Part shown: positions 25,877-36,312 of the stretch, piece after piece
How the letters are laid out: the number at the start of each line of letters is the position of its first letter
How positions within the stretch are numbered: the stretch's first letter is position 1
Source of the DNA: a virus
Taxonomy: Duplodnaviria; Caudoviricetes
Reading direction: 5' to 3' (one strand)
IMG/VR virus record: IMGVR_UViG_3300048893_000079
Span: 18,528-82,527 of that record
DNA length: 64,000 nucleotides
Notes under the pieces: generated by a model
The model's database searches: none
The model's input: only the letters and a program-made list of their open reading frames with translations
What the model was told of the DNA's origin: nothing
Position numbers and translations under genes: made by a program

Positions 25877-26319
25877 TGGGCGAACCCAACAAGACCGTCA
25901 CCGCAGCCGAGTTCGTGGCGAAGGCCCGCGAAGCTCTTGGCACGCCATGGCATCACCAGGGCCGCGTCGTTCCTATCGGCGTGGACTGCGTTGGCCTGCT
26001 GCTGTGGACGCTGCGCCAGTTGGACATCAACCATTACGAGCCGCCGCCGTATCCGCGCACGGCGCAGTGGGGCCAGTTCATCGGATACTTCCGAGCGCAT
26101 CTGATCGAAGTGCCGATCACCGATCTCAAGGTCGGAGACGTGCTGATCTTCCGTCAGAGCGTGTATCCCTGTCACTGTGGTATTGTTACCGAAGTGGGTG
26201 ACAGCCCGCGCTTCATCCATTCGTACCTTCTGCGCAAGAAGGTGGTCGAGGAACGCCTCGACAAGAATTTGTGGATGCCGGTTGTTGTCACCGCGTTTCG
26301 AGTGCCTGGAGTCGTCTAA
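25876..26319 (+). CDS. Tail-associated NlpC/P60 peptidase
   Basis: GTPWHHQGR....VDCVGL; HCGI; FIH. Confidence 0.88.
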   Translation: MGEPNKTVTAAEFVAKAREALGTPWHHQGRVVPIGVDCVGLLLWTLRQLDINHYEPPPYPRTAQWGQFIGYFRAHLIEVPITDLKVGDVLIFRQSVYPCHCGIVTEVGDSPRFIHSYLLRKKVVEERLDKNLWMPVVVTAFRVPGVV

Positions 26320-29300
26320 TGGCTTTGCTTGTTGCCGTTGCTGGAGGGATCGTCGGCTCGCTTTTCGGGATGCCGCAGCTTGGCTTTTTGGCAGGCTCGA
26401 TTCTCGGCTCGATGATCTTCAGCGGCGGCTCGAAGGGCGGCCCGAAGCTGAAGGACTTGCACGTCACCGGCTCGACGTACGGTGCGGCCATTCAATGGCT
26501 GTGGGGCACCGCGCGCATCGGCGGAAACATCATCTGGACGTACGTCCTCAAGCAGCACGCGCATCACGGCGGTGGTAAGGGCGGACCCGCGACGTACACG
26601 TACTCGTGGACCGGCGCCGTTGGATTGTGCGCGACCGAACAGACCGGTCCGATCAAAAATGTTCTGAAGATTTGGGCCGACACAAAATTGGTCTATGACG
26701 CGACCGGCGAGTCCGGCATCAGCAAGAGCATCCCCGGCTCCGGTGGCGGCGGCAAGGGTGGTGGCCATCACGGCACCGGCTCGGCCGTGGTCAACGGCGG
26801 CATCACATCGGCGTACAACAAGCTCGGTCACTTCCGCGTCTACCTCGGCACGCAGGATCAGATGCCGGACCCGGCGTACGAAACTCTCGTTGGCGCGTCC
26901 AATGCGACCGCCAATCGCGGCATGGCTTACATCGTGTTCGACGATGTGAACATCGACCCGTACGGCAATCGCGTTCCGAACTGGACGTTCCAAGTCGCCG
27001 GTCCTGGCACCGATGCGCCGCTGACGCAGAACGCGTTCAAGTTCAACTTCGATGGATCGCTCGGCGGCACACCGGACGACTTCGCTTTCGCGATTGATAC
27101 GTTCCGTCAGCGCGTCTACTTCATGTCGCTCGGCGGTTCCGGCTCGACCACGACCGGCATCTACGCGATGGACCTCAAGACCGGCAACCAAGTGATGGCC
27201 TCGTCGTGGGCGCGCACGTTTGCGCCGCTCGATCCGTTGGGCCTTGGCCTGAACGGCGCGCTGGCCAACGAAGGTCCGATTGTCGCCGATGACGGCTTCC
27301 TGTGGATTTGGGGCGGCGGTGGCAACTACGGTTCGTGGGTGAAGATTGACCCGGACACGTTGCTCGCTATCGGGCACATTGGTACACCAAACCCGTTCAC
27401 GCCGATCCACGGCACGACCACGTTCGCGCATGGTGTGGTTCCGCTCGTCCTCGGCAACACGAACTGTATGTTCGTTCCCGGCACGGTCTTTCATGACCTC
27501 ACGCTGCTCACGCTCGACGGCATGGATGCTATCGGCACGGGCACGTATGCCGAGGATGACTTCCGCGTCTGCGGCGGCAACCAAGTCAGTAGCGGTGAAG
27601 CCGACATCTGGGCCGTTGCTACTCCGGCGTTCCCGTCCACGAACTCGCTCAAGATTTATCACATCCCGGCCAGCCTAAGTCTGACAACGATTGTTCCATC
27701 GTTGGTCGGCAGCGTGGCGCCGTCCGACATCGACCCGTCGTGGACAACATGGGATAACGTGTCGGGTGTTCAGTTCGATGCGACGGACGGCAACATCATG
27801 TTCTTCGTCAAAGCGAACAACAGCGTCACCGGTCCCAAACAATATCTCGTCAAAGTCAACACATTGACTGCCGCAGTGATGTGGAAGTCCGGTTATGAAA
27901 ATACGCCGGGTAGCAGCGAGAACCTTCCCCAGACTGTCTTCTCGTCGTACCAGTCCATCGTCACGACCGGAACGTATTCGGTGATCGACAACCATCACAA
28001 TGTCTGGACTTTCACCACGCAAGACGGCACGTCGGTTAAGAACCTTTGGGTCGGCAACCTCTCGGCGGGCACGCAAGCGTGGGCCGATCCGTACGGCGCC
28101 ATCCTGTTCTTCGGTGACGACAATCAGATCACGCCGGTTCCGCTGGTGAGCAACTGGGGCGTCATTGTCACCAATCAAGCGGCCAATGGCACGGAGCTTA
28201 TGAAGATCGTGGCCGACATTTGCCACGCGGTCGGCTATGTCGATGCCGACATTGACGTGTCTACGCTCACCGATGATGTGCCGGGGTATATCCTCGACTC
28301 GCAGATGAACGCGAAGGACGGCATCTTGCCGCTTGCGCTCGCATATCTTTTCGACGGCGTGGAAAGCGATTACATCTTGAAGTTCGTCAAGCGCGGCGGC
28401 GCGAGCATCGCGACGATCCCGTCCACCGATCTTGCGTACCTCGACAAAAAGCTCAATATGATCGTCAACGAGACGCGCTTGCAGGAAGTCGATTTGCCGA
28501 ACCAGATCGAGATCAACTTCCTCGACCCGAATCACAACTATCAGCAGGCGACGCAGTATGCGCGTCGTCCGGCGTTCCCGTATCCGACGATGTTCTCCAA
28601 GGCTGCGCACACAGAGAACTTGCCGCTGGTGCAAGAGCCGGGCTTCATGAAGCAGTTGGCCGAGAAGCTGCTCTTCACGTCCTGGATCGAGCGCGTGTCG
28701 TACAAGGTCACTCTGCCGTGGCAGTATCTCATTTACGATCCGACCGACGTGCTGACGCTGTTCCTCACCGATGACTCGTCGAACATCGTGCGCATGTCCA
28801 CCGTGAACATCGGTGCCGACTATTCGATGCAGTGGGAAGCTCTCTCGCAGAGCACCCAGACGTACGCGTCCACTGCGACCGCGAGCGGCGGCGATGGCTT
28901 CATCCAGCAGACCCTTGGTCCTTCGGCCGCGACGCGTCTCTTCCTGCTCGACATCCCGCTGTTGCGCGACACGGACGACACCGGTCAAAGCTTCACGATT
29001 CTGTACGACACTGCGGCCGGTTACTCGACGCCGTGGGCTGGCGCATTCATCGCCGAGTCCCCGGACGAACTCACATGGACCGACGAACCGGTTATCCAGA
29101 CGGCGAATGCTGCGATCTTCGGTGTCGCAGTCAATGCGCTCGGCGACGTGGCCAATCCGTGGATCGTGGACAATACCAATACGCTCACCGTCAATATGTC
29201 GAACAACGGCGGCGCCAGCTTGGCCAACGCAACGCTGCTCGAAGTCTGCAACGGTGCGAACGTCGCGGTGCTCTACAATACCGTGACCGGTGAGATCGAG

Positions 29301-29927
29301 ATCATCCAGTGGATGACCGTTACGGCGAACATGGACGGCAGCTACACGCTGTCCGGGTTGCTGCGTGGCCGTCGCGGCACCGATGTCTACACCGGTTCGC
29401 ATGCGGTCGGCGATGTCTTCATTCTCTGCACCACGACCACGCTGTCGTCGATCAAGATGGCTCTGTCCGATCTCAATGTGGTTCGCCACTTCCGCGCGAC
29501 TACGCAAGGCACGCTGACGGAAGACGCGCCGGTCAAAGACTTCACCGATACCGGCCGTGCGTTGCAGCCCTATCAGCCTGCGCAGCAGACGGCCACGCTG
29601 TCCGGCTCCGACATTCAATTGCACTGGGTCCGCCGCACGCGTGTTGGTGGCGAGTTGCGCGACCTCACCGGGGACGTGCCGCTTTCCGAGCAAAGCGAGG
29701 CTTATCAAGTGGATATTTACAACGCCGGGGGCACCGCCATTGTCCGTAGCGTGGGTGTGAGCTATCCTACTTCCCCGGAGCCTAATCCTGGGTTCCTCTA
29801 TACGGCGGCAATGATTACGGCGGACGGATTTGGTGGCACGCCGACAAGTTTGATCGTGAACATTCGACAAGTCAGCACCATCATTGGAGCGGGCTTGGGT
29901 AAGAAACAAACTCTGACGGTGATGTGA
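26319..29927 (+). CDS. Central tail tip/host specificity protein (GTA gp15-like)
   Basis: STYG..I..L.GT.RIGGNIIW; YGNRVPN; GLLRGRRGT; W.RR.R.G; E..EAY.VDI. Confidence 0.85.
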   Translation: MALLVAVAGGIVGSLFGMPQLGFLAGSILGSMIFSGGSKGGPKLKDLHVTGSTYGAAIQWLWGTARIGGNIIWTYVLKQHAHHGGGKGGPATYTYSWTGAVGLCATEQTGPIKNVLKIWADTKLVYDATGESGISKSIPGSGGGGKGGGHHGTGSAVVNGGITSAYNKLGHFRVYLGTQDQMPDPAYETLVGASNATANRGMAYIVFDDVNIDPYGNRVPNWTFQVAGPGTDAPLTQNAFKFNFDGSLGGTPDDFAFAIDTFRQRVYFMSLGGSGSTTTGIYAMDLKTGNQVMASSWARTFAPLDPLGLGLNGALANEGPIVADDGFLWIWGGGGNYGSWVKIDPDTLLAIGHIGTPNPFTPIHGTTTFAHGVVPLVLGNTNCMFVPGTVFHDLTLLTLDGMDAIGTGTYAEDDFRVCGGNQVSSGEADIWAVATPAFPSTNSLKIYHIPASLSLTTIVPSLVGSVAPSDIDPSWTTWDNVSGVQFDATDGNIMFFVKANNSVTGPKQYLVKVNTLTAAVMWKSGYENTPGSSENLPQTVFSSYQSIVTTGTYSVIDNHHNVWTFTTQDGTSVKNLWVGNLSAGTQAWADPYGAILFFGDDNQITPVPLVSNWGVIVTNQAANGTELMKIVADICHAVGYVDADIDVSTLTDDVPGYILDSQMNAKDGILPLALAYLFDGVESDYILKFVKRGGASIATIPSTDLAYLDKKLNMIVNETRLQEVDLPNQIEINFLDPNHNYQQATQYARRPAFPYPTMFSKAAHTENLPLVQEPGFMKQLAEKLLFTSWIERVSYKVTLPWQYLIYDPTDVLTLFLTDDSSNIVRMSTVNIGADYSMQWEALSQSTQTYASTATASGGDGFIQQTLGPSAATRLFLLDIPLLRDTDDTGQSFTILYDTAAGYSTPWAGAFIAESPDELTWTDEPVIQTANAAIFGVAVNALGDVANPWIVDNTNTLTVNMSNNGGASLANATLLEVCNGANVAVLYNTVTGEIEIIQWMTVTANMDGSYTLSGLLRGRRGTDVYTGSHAVGDVFILCTTTTLSSIKMALSDLNVVRHFRATTQGTLTEDAPVKDFTDTGRALQPYQPAQQTATLSGSDIQLHWVRRTRVGGELRDLTGDVPLSEQSEAYQVDIYNAGGTAIVRSVGVSYPTSPEPNPGFLYTAAMITADGFGGTPTSLIVNIRQVSTIIGAGLGKKQTLTVM

Positions 29928-30634
29928 TGACGGACAATCTCTCCCTGCCTACGGTGGCCGCGTCCCAGACGCAAAAGGAAGTCACGATCAACGCGGCGAC
30001 GCAGCAGTTGTCGGCCGTGGTTGCGGACTGGTTGGACATCGACATGACTTCTGCCGGTCACACGCTGTCGGCCGCCGAGTTCACAGGATACGCCGGGTTC
30101 AAGACCACGAACAATTCCGTCTCGCGCACGCTGACGATTCCGGCGACGAAGCGCGCGCTGTTCTTCGTCAACAATACCGGATCGGCCACGCTGTCTATCG
30201 CGGTCGGCTCGACCACTCTGACACTGGCCACCGGCAGCATCGCGCTGTTCCAAACGGACGGCACGACGAACAACCTCACGTCCGTGATCTTCTCGGCACC
30301 CGGCCAGGAAGTGGACATCGGATTCGTCTACAGCGGATTGCCGCTGAACGGGCAGACCATCAACTATCCGATGAATCAAGCTCTGACTCTGAAGAGCGGG
30401 TTGACCGGCTCGAACTTCAGCGTCGGCACGAACCCGGCATCGACCGCGACGTACACGCTGAAGAAGAACGGATCGAGCATCGGCACGATTGCGATCTCGA
30501 CCGGTGGCGTCTTCACCCCGACGTTTGGTTCCGACGTGTCGTTCGCGGCGGGTGACATTTTCAACATCATTGCTCCGAGCCCGCAGGATACGAATCTTGC
30601 GGATGTCGGACTGAACTTCAAGTTCACGAAATAA
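29927..30634 (+). CDS. Tail fibre adaptor (DUF2793-like N-terminus)
   Basis: T.NLSLP.V.ASQ.QKEVT.N.A. Confidence 0.7.
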   Translation: MTDNLSLPTVAASQTQKEVTINAATQQLSAVVADWLDIDMTSAGHTLSAAEFTGYAGFKTTNNSVSRTLTIPATKRALFFVNNTGSATLSIAVGSTTLTLATGSIALFQTDGTTNNLTSVIFSAPGQEVDIGFVYSGLPLNGQTINYPMNQALTLKSGLTGSNFSVGTNPASTATYTLKKNGSSIGTIAISTGGVFTPTFGSDVSFAAGDIFNIIAPSPQDTNLADVGLNFKFTK

Positions 30635-30646
30635 GAGGACCATCCA

Positions 30647-31087
30647 ATGACCACCAAGCCCGTCATGTCTGTCGTCGCGACGAAAGCCGCGCTCGACGCT
30701 GCCACGGCCCTCGTCAACACGGGTGGCACCGGCAGCTTGTTCATTCGCTCCGGCGCGCAGGAAGCGACCACGCTGACGGCCGATGCCGGTACGCTTGGTG
30801 CGACGCTGCCGATGTCGGCCACTGCGTTCCCGGCCTCTACCAGCGGCACGTCGGACGGACTTATCACGGCCACGGCGAACGCGATCACGTCGGATACCAA
30901 TGCTGCGGCTTCGATCACGGCCGCTCACTTCCGCATCAAGAACGGTGCGGGCACTGTGATCTTCCAGGGCAACGTCGGTACGTCGGGTGCTGACTTGAAC
31001 TTGAACACCACGACCATCACGGCGGGCGACACGGTGTCGATCTCGTCATTCAAAATCACGTTGCCTTGCGGCGACGGCGTTTCATAA
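30647..31087 (+). CDS. Minor tail protein
   Basis: GAGGA SD; T/A-rich beta protein. Confidence 0.65.
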   Translation: MTTKPVMSVVATKAALDAATALVNTGGTGSLFIRSGAQEATTLTADAGTLGATLPMSATAFPASTSGTSDGLITATANAITSDTNAAASITAAHFRIKNGAGTVIFQGNVGTSGADLNLNTTTITAGDTVSISSFKITLPCGDGVS

Positions 31088-31101
31088 GCGAGGAGAGAAC
31101 C

Positions 31102-31314
31102 ATGGCAGACCCCCAGACACATCTTGTTGGCATCGTTGTGCGCAAGGACGGAACGGTTCCGTTCGACCACGACTGCCATCCTGAAGTCCGTAAGCACATC
31201 ATCGCGTATCTCGCCGACAACGGTCACACTCTTGTGCCGGTCGATGGGACGAACCATGTGCGCATTCACGGATGGAAGCAGGGCATGGCAATCGAAAAGC
31301 CTAAGAAGGCTTAA
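31102..31314 (+). CDS. Hypothetical protein
   Basis: AGGAG SD. Confidence 0.6.
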   Translation: MADPQTHLVGIVVRKDGTVPFDHDCHPEVRKHIIAYLADNGHTLVPVDGTNHVRIHGWKQGMAIEKPKKA

Positions 31315-31319
31315 ACGTC

Positions 31320-32798
31320 GTGACCGGTCCTTCAATCGTCGGAGCATCAACAGCCAGCGGCAGCGGCAGCGGAACCGGTCTCACGACCAGTAAGACGCTC
31401 GGCCAAACGCCGACGGCTGGCAATTTGCTGATCGCTGCGATCTTCACGGGTGCCGGTGTTTCGCCCACGACATTGACTATTAACTCTCCAAGCTGGAAAC
31501 CGCTGGAGCGTTCTGTCAGCGATCTCGACACCAACCAAGTCATCACGATCCTGTATCGCTACGTGCAAGGCGGCGACACTTCCACGTTGCCTGCGTTCTG
31601 CACGGCGGGCTCGGCATTCCATGCGTGGACGGTTGTTGAGATTACCGGCGTCAACGGCAGCATCGCCAACGACTATCAAAGCTCGCGCTACAAGCATAGC
31701 AGCGCGGGTGTCTCGTCCATGGCTATTCCGAAGGACACCACGCGTACCGCGAACTGCCTCGCGCTGATCGCATTCGGAAAGTACAACGCTTCGGCCAACG
31801 CGACTCTCGATGCGGCGTGGACCGCCGATGTGAACACGAACAATTCAGGCAACTACGGTTCGTTCGGGTTCGGACATCAAGCCGTGTCTTCGGCCGACAC
31901 TGACATCTCCGCGACGAACTCGTTCCAAGCTGGCGGCAACCCGACCGGTATGGTGACGATCATTCTGAACGGAGCCGGAGCCGCACCGACGAAGCCGTAC
32001 CTCGTGCGCTATCGTTCGAAGCAGTCTGCCTCGGCTGGCTTCCCTGGCACTGTGCAGTTCGGCGGAGCGCCGTTGAGCGGCCACAGCCTTGTGACTGCGC
32101 TCTCGTGGCAGGACGGCAGCGCGGCCGATCCCACAATTGGCGGAAGCTGGAGCACCTATCTGTCCGTCACGCAGGGCGCCCATCACCAGATGTTCGGCCT
32201 CGACCGCGATGTGAGCGGCGACACGGACATCCTCGCGGCCATCGCCACGGCTGGCACTGCCTTCTGGGCGTCGATCACCGCCGAGATTGGTGGCATGACC
32301 GGCGTGTTCGCCACGGATCACTTGAACGACAAGTCCGGCTCTGAATCGTCTGCGTCCACTGTCACCACCACATCCGATACCACGTCGGGTGCGAACCAAA
32401 TGACGTTGACGTTCGCGTCTGAATACAATACCAGCACGAACTTGTCGGAGACCGGTGCGCTGTACGATGAAACGAACTCGGTCGCGTCTTCGGCAACGTA
32501 CGGTGCATTCTCGCTCGCGTTCGATTTCCACGCGTCCGGTGGTGGCACCAATCAAACTGTGTGGACGAAGGCGAGCAGCAGCGACAAATTCGTCTACATT
32601 CAATCGCGCTTTGGCGCAGGATCGGCTACGGAAACCGGAACGGCTGTTATGCCCTTCGCTGGTATCGCTATCAATGGTGCAGCGTCCGGCGCGCATGCGG
32701 GCTCCGCAGGCATGGCCTTCGGCGGTATCGGCATCGTGTCGGCCGGTCAGCGCGTGCAGCATCCGCCGGTCGTCAATATCGTGGTTGTTGGCCCGTAA
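31320..32798 (+). CDS. Tail fibre/receptor-binding protein with a tandem duplicated beta domain
   Basis: Two ~200-aa repeats (EITGVNG..AND / EIGGMTG..ATD; YGSFG / YGAFS). Confidence 0.65.
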   Translation: MTGPSIVGASTASGSGSGTGLTTSKTLGQTPTAGNLLIAAIFTGAGVSPTTLTINSPSWKPLERSVSDLDTNQVITILYRYVQGGDTSTLPAFCTAGSAFHAWTVVEITGVNGSIANDYQSSRYKHSSAGVSSMAIPKDTTRTANCLALIAFGKYNASANATLDAAWTADVNTNNSGNYGSFGFGHQAVSSADTDISATNSFQAGGNPTGMVTIILNGAGAAPTKPYLVRYRSKQSASAGFPGTVQFGGAPLSGHSLVTALSWQDGSAADPTIGGSWSTYLSVTQGAHHQMFGLDRDVSGDTDILAAIATAGTAFWASITAEIGGMTGVFATDHLNDKSGSESSASTVTTTSDTTSGANQMTLTFASEYNTSTNLSETGALYDETNSVASSATYGAFSLAFDFHASGGGTNQTVWTKASSSDKFVYIQSRFGAGSATETGTAVMPFAGIAINGAASGAHAGSAGMAFGGIGIVSAGQRVQHPPVVNIVVVGP

Positions 32799-32862
32799 AC
32801 AGCGGGGTTTGCCAGCCCTACGGGGCCGGGGTAAACTGAGGGCTCATTTGGAGGAGGTTCCA

Positions 32863-33129
32863 ATGAACCCTATTGTCGCTGTTATCGTGTGGCTGTGGCT
32901 CGTCAACGGGCACACCACTGCCGTCATCATTCCTCTTCCGGCCGGTGTGTCGTGTGAGCGTGGCGTCGCGGTCGAGCATAAGATTCTTGATGCCAAGCAC
33001 AAAGAGCTTGGTATCGCTGCTGCGGTTATTGACTGTCAAACTCAGGCGGGTCCGACGCGCAACGATAGCGATGCAAAGCCGGTCGATCCGGCGCCGCATG
33101 GTGTCCACCAGGATGACGGAAGCATCTAA
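32863..33129 (+). CDS. Small exported/membrane protein
   Basis: GGAGGAGG SD; hydrophobic N-terminus; two Cys. Confidence 0.6.
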   Translation: MNPIVAVIVWLWLVNGHTTAVIIPLPAGVSCERGVAVEHKILDAKHKELGIAAAVIDCQTQAGPTRNDSDAKPVDPAPHGVHQDDGSI

Positions 33130-33482
33130 TGACTGACGCGCCCGCACTGCCCGCAAAGGTGCCGCACGGCATCGGCAAGTACATCTCGGAAATCTTCCAG
33201 GATGTGGACGGCGGCTATAGCATGAAGCGCATGTTGCTCTTCGTGTTCGCGCTGACGTTCCTCGGCGTGACCGGCTATGTCGTTTGGTACGGCGTCGCGG
33301 TTCACACCGGGCAGAAGACGGTCTACTCGATCCCGCAGGAGACGCTAGACTTCCTCAAGACCGTGACCGGCTATTGCATGGACGCGATCAAGTGGCTGGC
33401 AACTCTCGTGCTCGGTGAGCGTGTCCCGCAGGCCGCCGCAGCTATCCGTGGCAACCAAACTCCGGCAGTCACCGCGTCATGA
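33129..33482 (+). CDS. Putative holin
   Basis: TM helices, G.YSMKR motif, directly upstream of the endolysin. Confidence 0.55.
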   Translation: MTDAPALPAKVPHGIGKYISEIFQDVDGGYSMKRMLLFVFALTFLGVTGYVVWYGVAVHTGQKTVYSIPQETLDFLKTVTGYCMDAIKWLATLVLGERVPQAAAAIRGNQTPAVTAS

Positions 33483-34225
33483 GCAACATCTTCCAGGACA
33501 TCGCGCAGGCCATCGTCGAAGAGATCAACGATGCCTTCATCAAGAAGCAGCCGAGCGTCACTGCGGTTTCGGCCGGGCACGTCACTGTGCCGGTTCTTCA
33601 GCCGCCGTCGTTTGATAGCCCGATCACGCACAAAGACATCCCGCTGCCGATCACGATCCAGCCCGGCGCTTGGTCGGTTGCATCCATGACAGCCGAGATT
33701 CTGAAGTCCGAGGGCGGCCTCGTCGATGACCCGAACGATTCGGGCGGCATCACGAACTACGGCATCAGCTTCCGCTTCGCGTCGGATCACCCGGAATACT
33801 TCGACATCAATCACGACGGAGCCGTGACGGCGGACGACATCCGTAACATCACCGTGCAGCAGGCGGCAAACGCGTACATCAAATACTTCTACATGCCCGC
33901 GCACTTCAACCTCGTGCCGAACGTGGCCAACATCGTCATGCAGCTTTACGACATGGCAGTGAACATGGGCGTCCGGCTCCGCGATGGTGAGACGAACGCG
34001 GTGAAGATCATGCAGCGTGCGATTGGCGCAGTCGATGACGGCGTGCTCGGCCCGTCTACGCTCGCAGCGTTGAATGTCGCGCTCAATGCGCAAGGCGCGA
34101 ATGCAGTCAACGACGCCATCGTCGGCAAACGCATCGCCTTCTACAAATCTCTCGCGGCCAACAATCCACAGGACAAGAAGTTCCTGGTGGGTTGGGTGAA
34201 CCGTGCAACCAAGTACAGTCTGTAA
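33479..34225 (+). CDS. Endolysin, glycoside hydrolase family 108 with a peptidoglycan-binding C-terminus
   Basis: EGG.VDDPND.GG.TNYGI; DINHDG; DDGVLGP.T; FL.GW.NR. Confidence 0.9.
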   Translation: MSNIFQDIAQAIVEEINDAFIKKQPSVTAVSAGHVTVPVLQPPSFDSPITHKDIPLPITIQPGAWSVASMTAEILKSEGGLVDDPNDSGGITNYGISFRFASDHPEYFDINHDGAVTADDIRNITVQQAANAYIKYFYMPAHFNLVPNVANIVMQLYDMAVNMGVRLRDGETNAVKIMQRAIGAVDDGVLGPSTLAALNVALNAQGANAVNDAIVGKRIAFYKSLAANNPQDKKFLVGWVNRATKYSL

Positions 34226-34235
34226 GGAGAACGTC

Positions 34236-34730
34236 ATGTTCGGAATCCTCGGTTCGGCCGTTGGTGGCCTCGGAATTGGAACGTACATCAAGATCGGCCT
34301 CGTGGTCGTTCTTGCGCTCGCGCTCGGCGGCCTCTATTGGTACGGCCAGCATGAAGCTGCGGCTGTCGTCGATCTCACAAAGCTCAACGGCGCCCAGGCT
34401 CAGATCATCGCGGACGATAAGGCGAACATCGACGCGCTCGAAACGGCCAACAAGAATTGGGCCGCAGCGTTCGCGAAGTATCAGCACGACGTTCAGGCGC
34501 AGGCGGACGCATACAAGCTTGCGATCAAACTCAAGGAGAATATCAATGCGAAACTCAATGCAATCGAAGCTCTGCTTCGTTCGGGAAAGAGTGCTGCCGC
34601 TACTGTTTCTCTCAATGCTCTCAACGATCAGCTTGTGTGCCTGCTCGACCACGCCGCCGGAGGGTCACGGGACGATTGTCCCATTGCAGCCGCCAGCACG
34701 GCCGGTTCTGCCTCGCCCGCCCGTCCTTGA
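34236..34730 (+). CDS. Rz: Inner-membrane spanin
   Basis: N-terminal TM plus coiled coil after the endolysin. Confidence 0.75.
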   Translation: MFGILGSAVGGLGIGTYIKIGLVVVLALALGGLYWYGQHEAAAVVDLTKLNGAQAQIIADDKANIDALETANKNWAAAFAKYQHDVQAQADAYKLAIKLKENINAKLNAIEALLRSGKSAAATVSLNALNDQLVCLLDHAAGGSRDDCPIAAASTAGSASPARP

Positions 34731-34959
34731 CCTGAAGAAATTCCACGTCGAGGTTCAGCCTGCGGTTGCGGGAAAGCCGCCGCTTGTCACTTTGACCGTG
34801 CCGGAGTATCGTTCACTTACTGACGATCTCGGTTCCGTGGCAGTTCGTTTGTGTCAGGACTCGTGGTTGTTGGATTATTACGAAGGCAAGAACGACGGAG
34901 TTCCACCGGCAAACTTCTGCCAGCTTACGGAGCCAACCCTCGTTCCCAAACACGACTGA
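34546..34959 (+). CDS. Rz1: Outer-membrane lipoprotein spanin, overlapping Rz
   Basis: AAGGAG SD within Rz; lipobox LCAC; Pro-rich. Confidence 0.7.
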   Translation: MRNSMQSKLCFVRERVLPLLFLSMLSTISLCACSTTPPEGHGTIVPLQPPARPVLPRPPVLDLKKFHVEVQPAVAGKPPLVTLTVPEYRSLTDDLGSVAVRLCQDSWLLDYYEGKNDGVPPANFCQLTEPTLVPKHD

Positions 34960-34977
34960 GAACAAGGGCACATTCCT

Positions 34978-35364
34978 ATGACCGGGTTTATCTCCAACGT
35001 CGTCAACAATCAGATTGTGAACCCGGTCGGACATACCGCTGCCACAAGCACCGTCGTCTTCTCGCTCTCGACGTTGCTCGGCGGCTGGAACCTTCAGTCG
35101 TTCCTCGGCACCATCGCGCTGATCTTCTCGATCCTGTGGTACGCGCTGACGATCTATGAATCGAAGACGGTGCAGGGCTTCGTCATCCGCTTCCGCGCGC
35201 ATCTCGGCCGCACGCTCAAGAACAAGGGCTGGAAGAAGATGGGCCAGCACGTCGCGAAGAACGCGCTCACCGATGCGGTTGCCGTGGTCGAGAAGGCCAA
35301 GGTCGAAGTCGCAGATGCCAAGGATACAGCAGCCGACGCGGCGCAAGCCGTGCAGAAACCGTAA
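34978..35364 (+). CDS. Membrane protein (second holin/antiholin-like)
   Basis: Two hydrophobic helices, charged C-terminus. Confidence 0.5.
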   Translation: MTGFISNVVNNQIVNPVGHTAATSTVVFSLSTLLGGWNLQSFLGTIALIFSILWYALTIYESKTVQGFVIRFRAHLGRTLKNKGWKKMGQHVAKNALTDAVAVVEKAKVEVADAKDTAADAAQAVQKP

Positions 35365-35429
35365 GGTGTGTTATGCCTGTCGAAGCTCTTGCATTCTTCG
35401 CAGTCGTCAGTCCCCCGGCAATCTGGTTG

Positions 35430-35705
35430 CTAAAGACTATCGGCCACTGGCTGCGATTCTACTAATGCCATCTCTTCATTGATGTACGAGCGGAACGTCA
35501 GCGATGGACTGGCGTCGAAAAAGACTGTCACCGGCTTATCGGTGATGTAGGTCGATCCTGGCCGCAGCGATTCGATGTGCTTACCCTGCGCGTCCGTAAG
35601 CTCAATGATTTTGGACGTGTTGTTCAGCAGCGTGTCGTGGCTGTCTATAAGCCGTATCTCACGACGGAATGTCTTGCGCAGCAACGGGACGATCTCAGCA
35701 GTCAT
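35430..35705 (-). CDS. Hypothetical protein
   Basis: Last gene of the convergent minus-strand operon; ATGA coupling. Confidence 0.6.
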   Translation of the reverse strand: MTAEIVPLLRKTFRREIRLIDSHDTLLNNTSKIIELTDAQGKHIESLRPGSTYITDKPVTVFFDASPSLTFRSYINEEMALVESQPVADSL

Positions 35706-35908
35706 TCTTCAAGCTCCAGCGGTGGCACTTGTATCCACTGATAGACGACGCCGCGATGCGGTTGATCGCTGCCGGGGTAGTACCACTTACCGCCGTACCA
35801 CGACAAGAAGATGCGCTTCGCGTAGCGAAACTGTGGTTGTTCGAGGTCGTTGACGTACGCGACGTAGAGACCCGGCTCTTGTGGATTGCCTTCGCCTGCG
35901 AGAATCAA
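35702..35908 (-). CDS. Hypothetical protein
   Basis: Coupled ORF. Confidence 0.6.
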   Translation of the reverse strand: MILAGEGNPQEPGLYVAYVNDLEQPQFRYAKRIFLSWYGGKWYYPGSDQPHRGVVYQWIQVPPLELEE

Positions 35909-36312
35909 AACTGCCTCCGCATGACTTTGCAGAGCGTGAACTGGCCCTTCATGCTGACGCGGCGCTCCATGGACGCGTCAATCTGTTCGGGCGTGATGCC
36001 GTTCAGCTTGGCCAGCGACGCGAGCACGATGATGACATCCGCGTACTCGTCGGGATCGTTCATCGCCTCGCGAATCTCCTCGACCTCTTCGTGCAGCTTG
36101 CCGACGAGGATCAACGGGTACAGCCAGTCCGGCGCCCGCAGGGTCTCGTACGGAACGCCGCCGCGTGCCAGATAGTCATCGTGCTCCGGCTGGTCTCCGC
36201 CGCGATTGTCCGGCAGCGCCTTCATGATGGTCTTGCCGGTGCGGACTTGATCCTTCGCGAGCACGGGATCGCGTGCATCGGTTCTTGCGTTGTGTTCGCC
36301 GTCATCTTGCAT
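35905..36312 (-). CDS. MazG-like/HisE-like all-alpha NTP pyrophosphatase
   Basis: KLHEEVEE......DEYADV; ERRVSMKGQF. Confidence 0.75.
   Translation of the reverse strand: MQDDGEHNARTDARDPVLAKDQVRTGKTIMKALPDNRGGDQPEHDDYLARGGVPYETLRAPDWLYPLILVGKLHEEVEEIREAMNDPDEYADVIIVLASLAKLNGITPEQIDASMERRVSMKGQFTLCKVMRRQF

Noticed and set aside
26316-29909. Long antisense ORFs (448 and 744 aa) and similar ones opposite MCP, TMP, the tail tube gene, A1 and pol
   Set aside because: Expected shadows of high-GC3 genes; R/V/D-rich text with no motifs.
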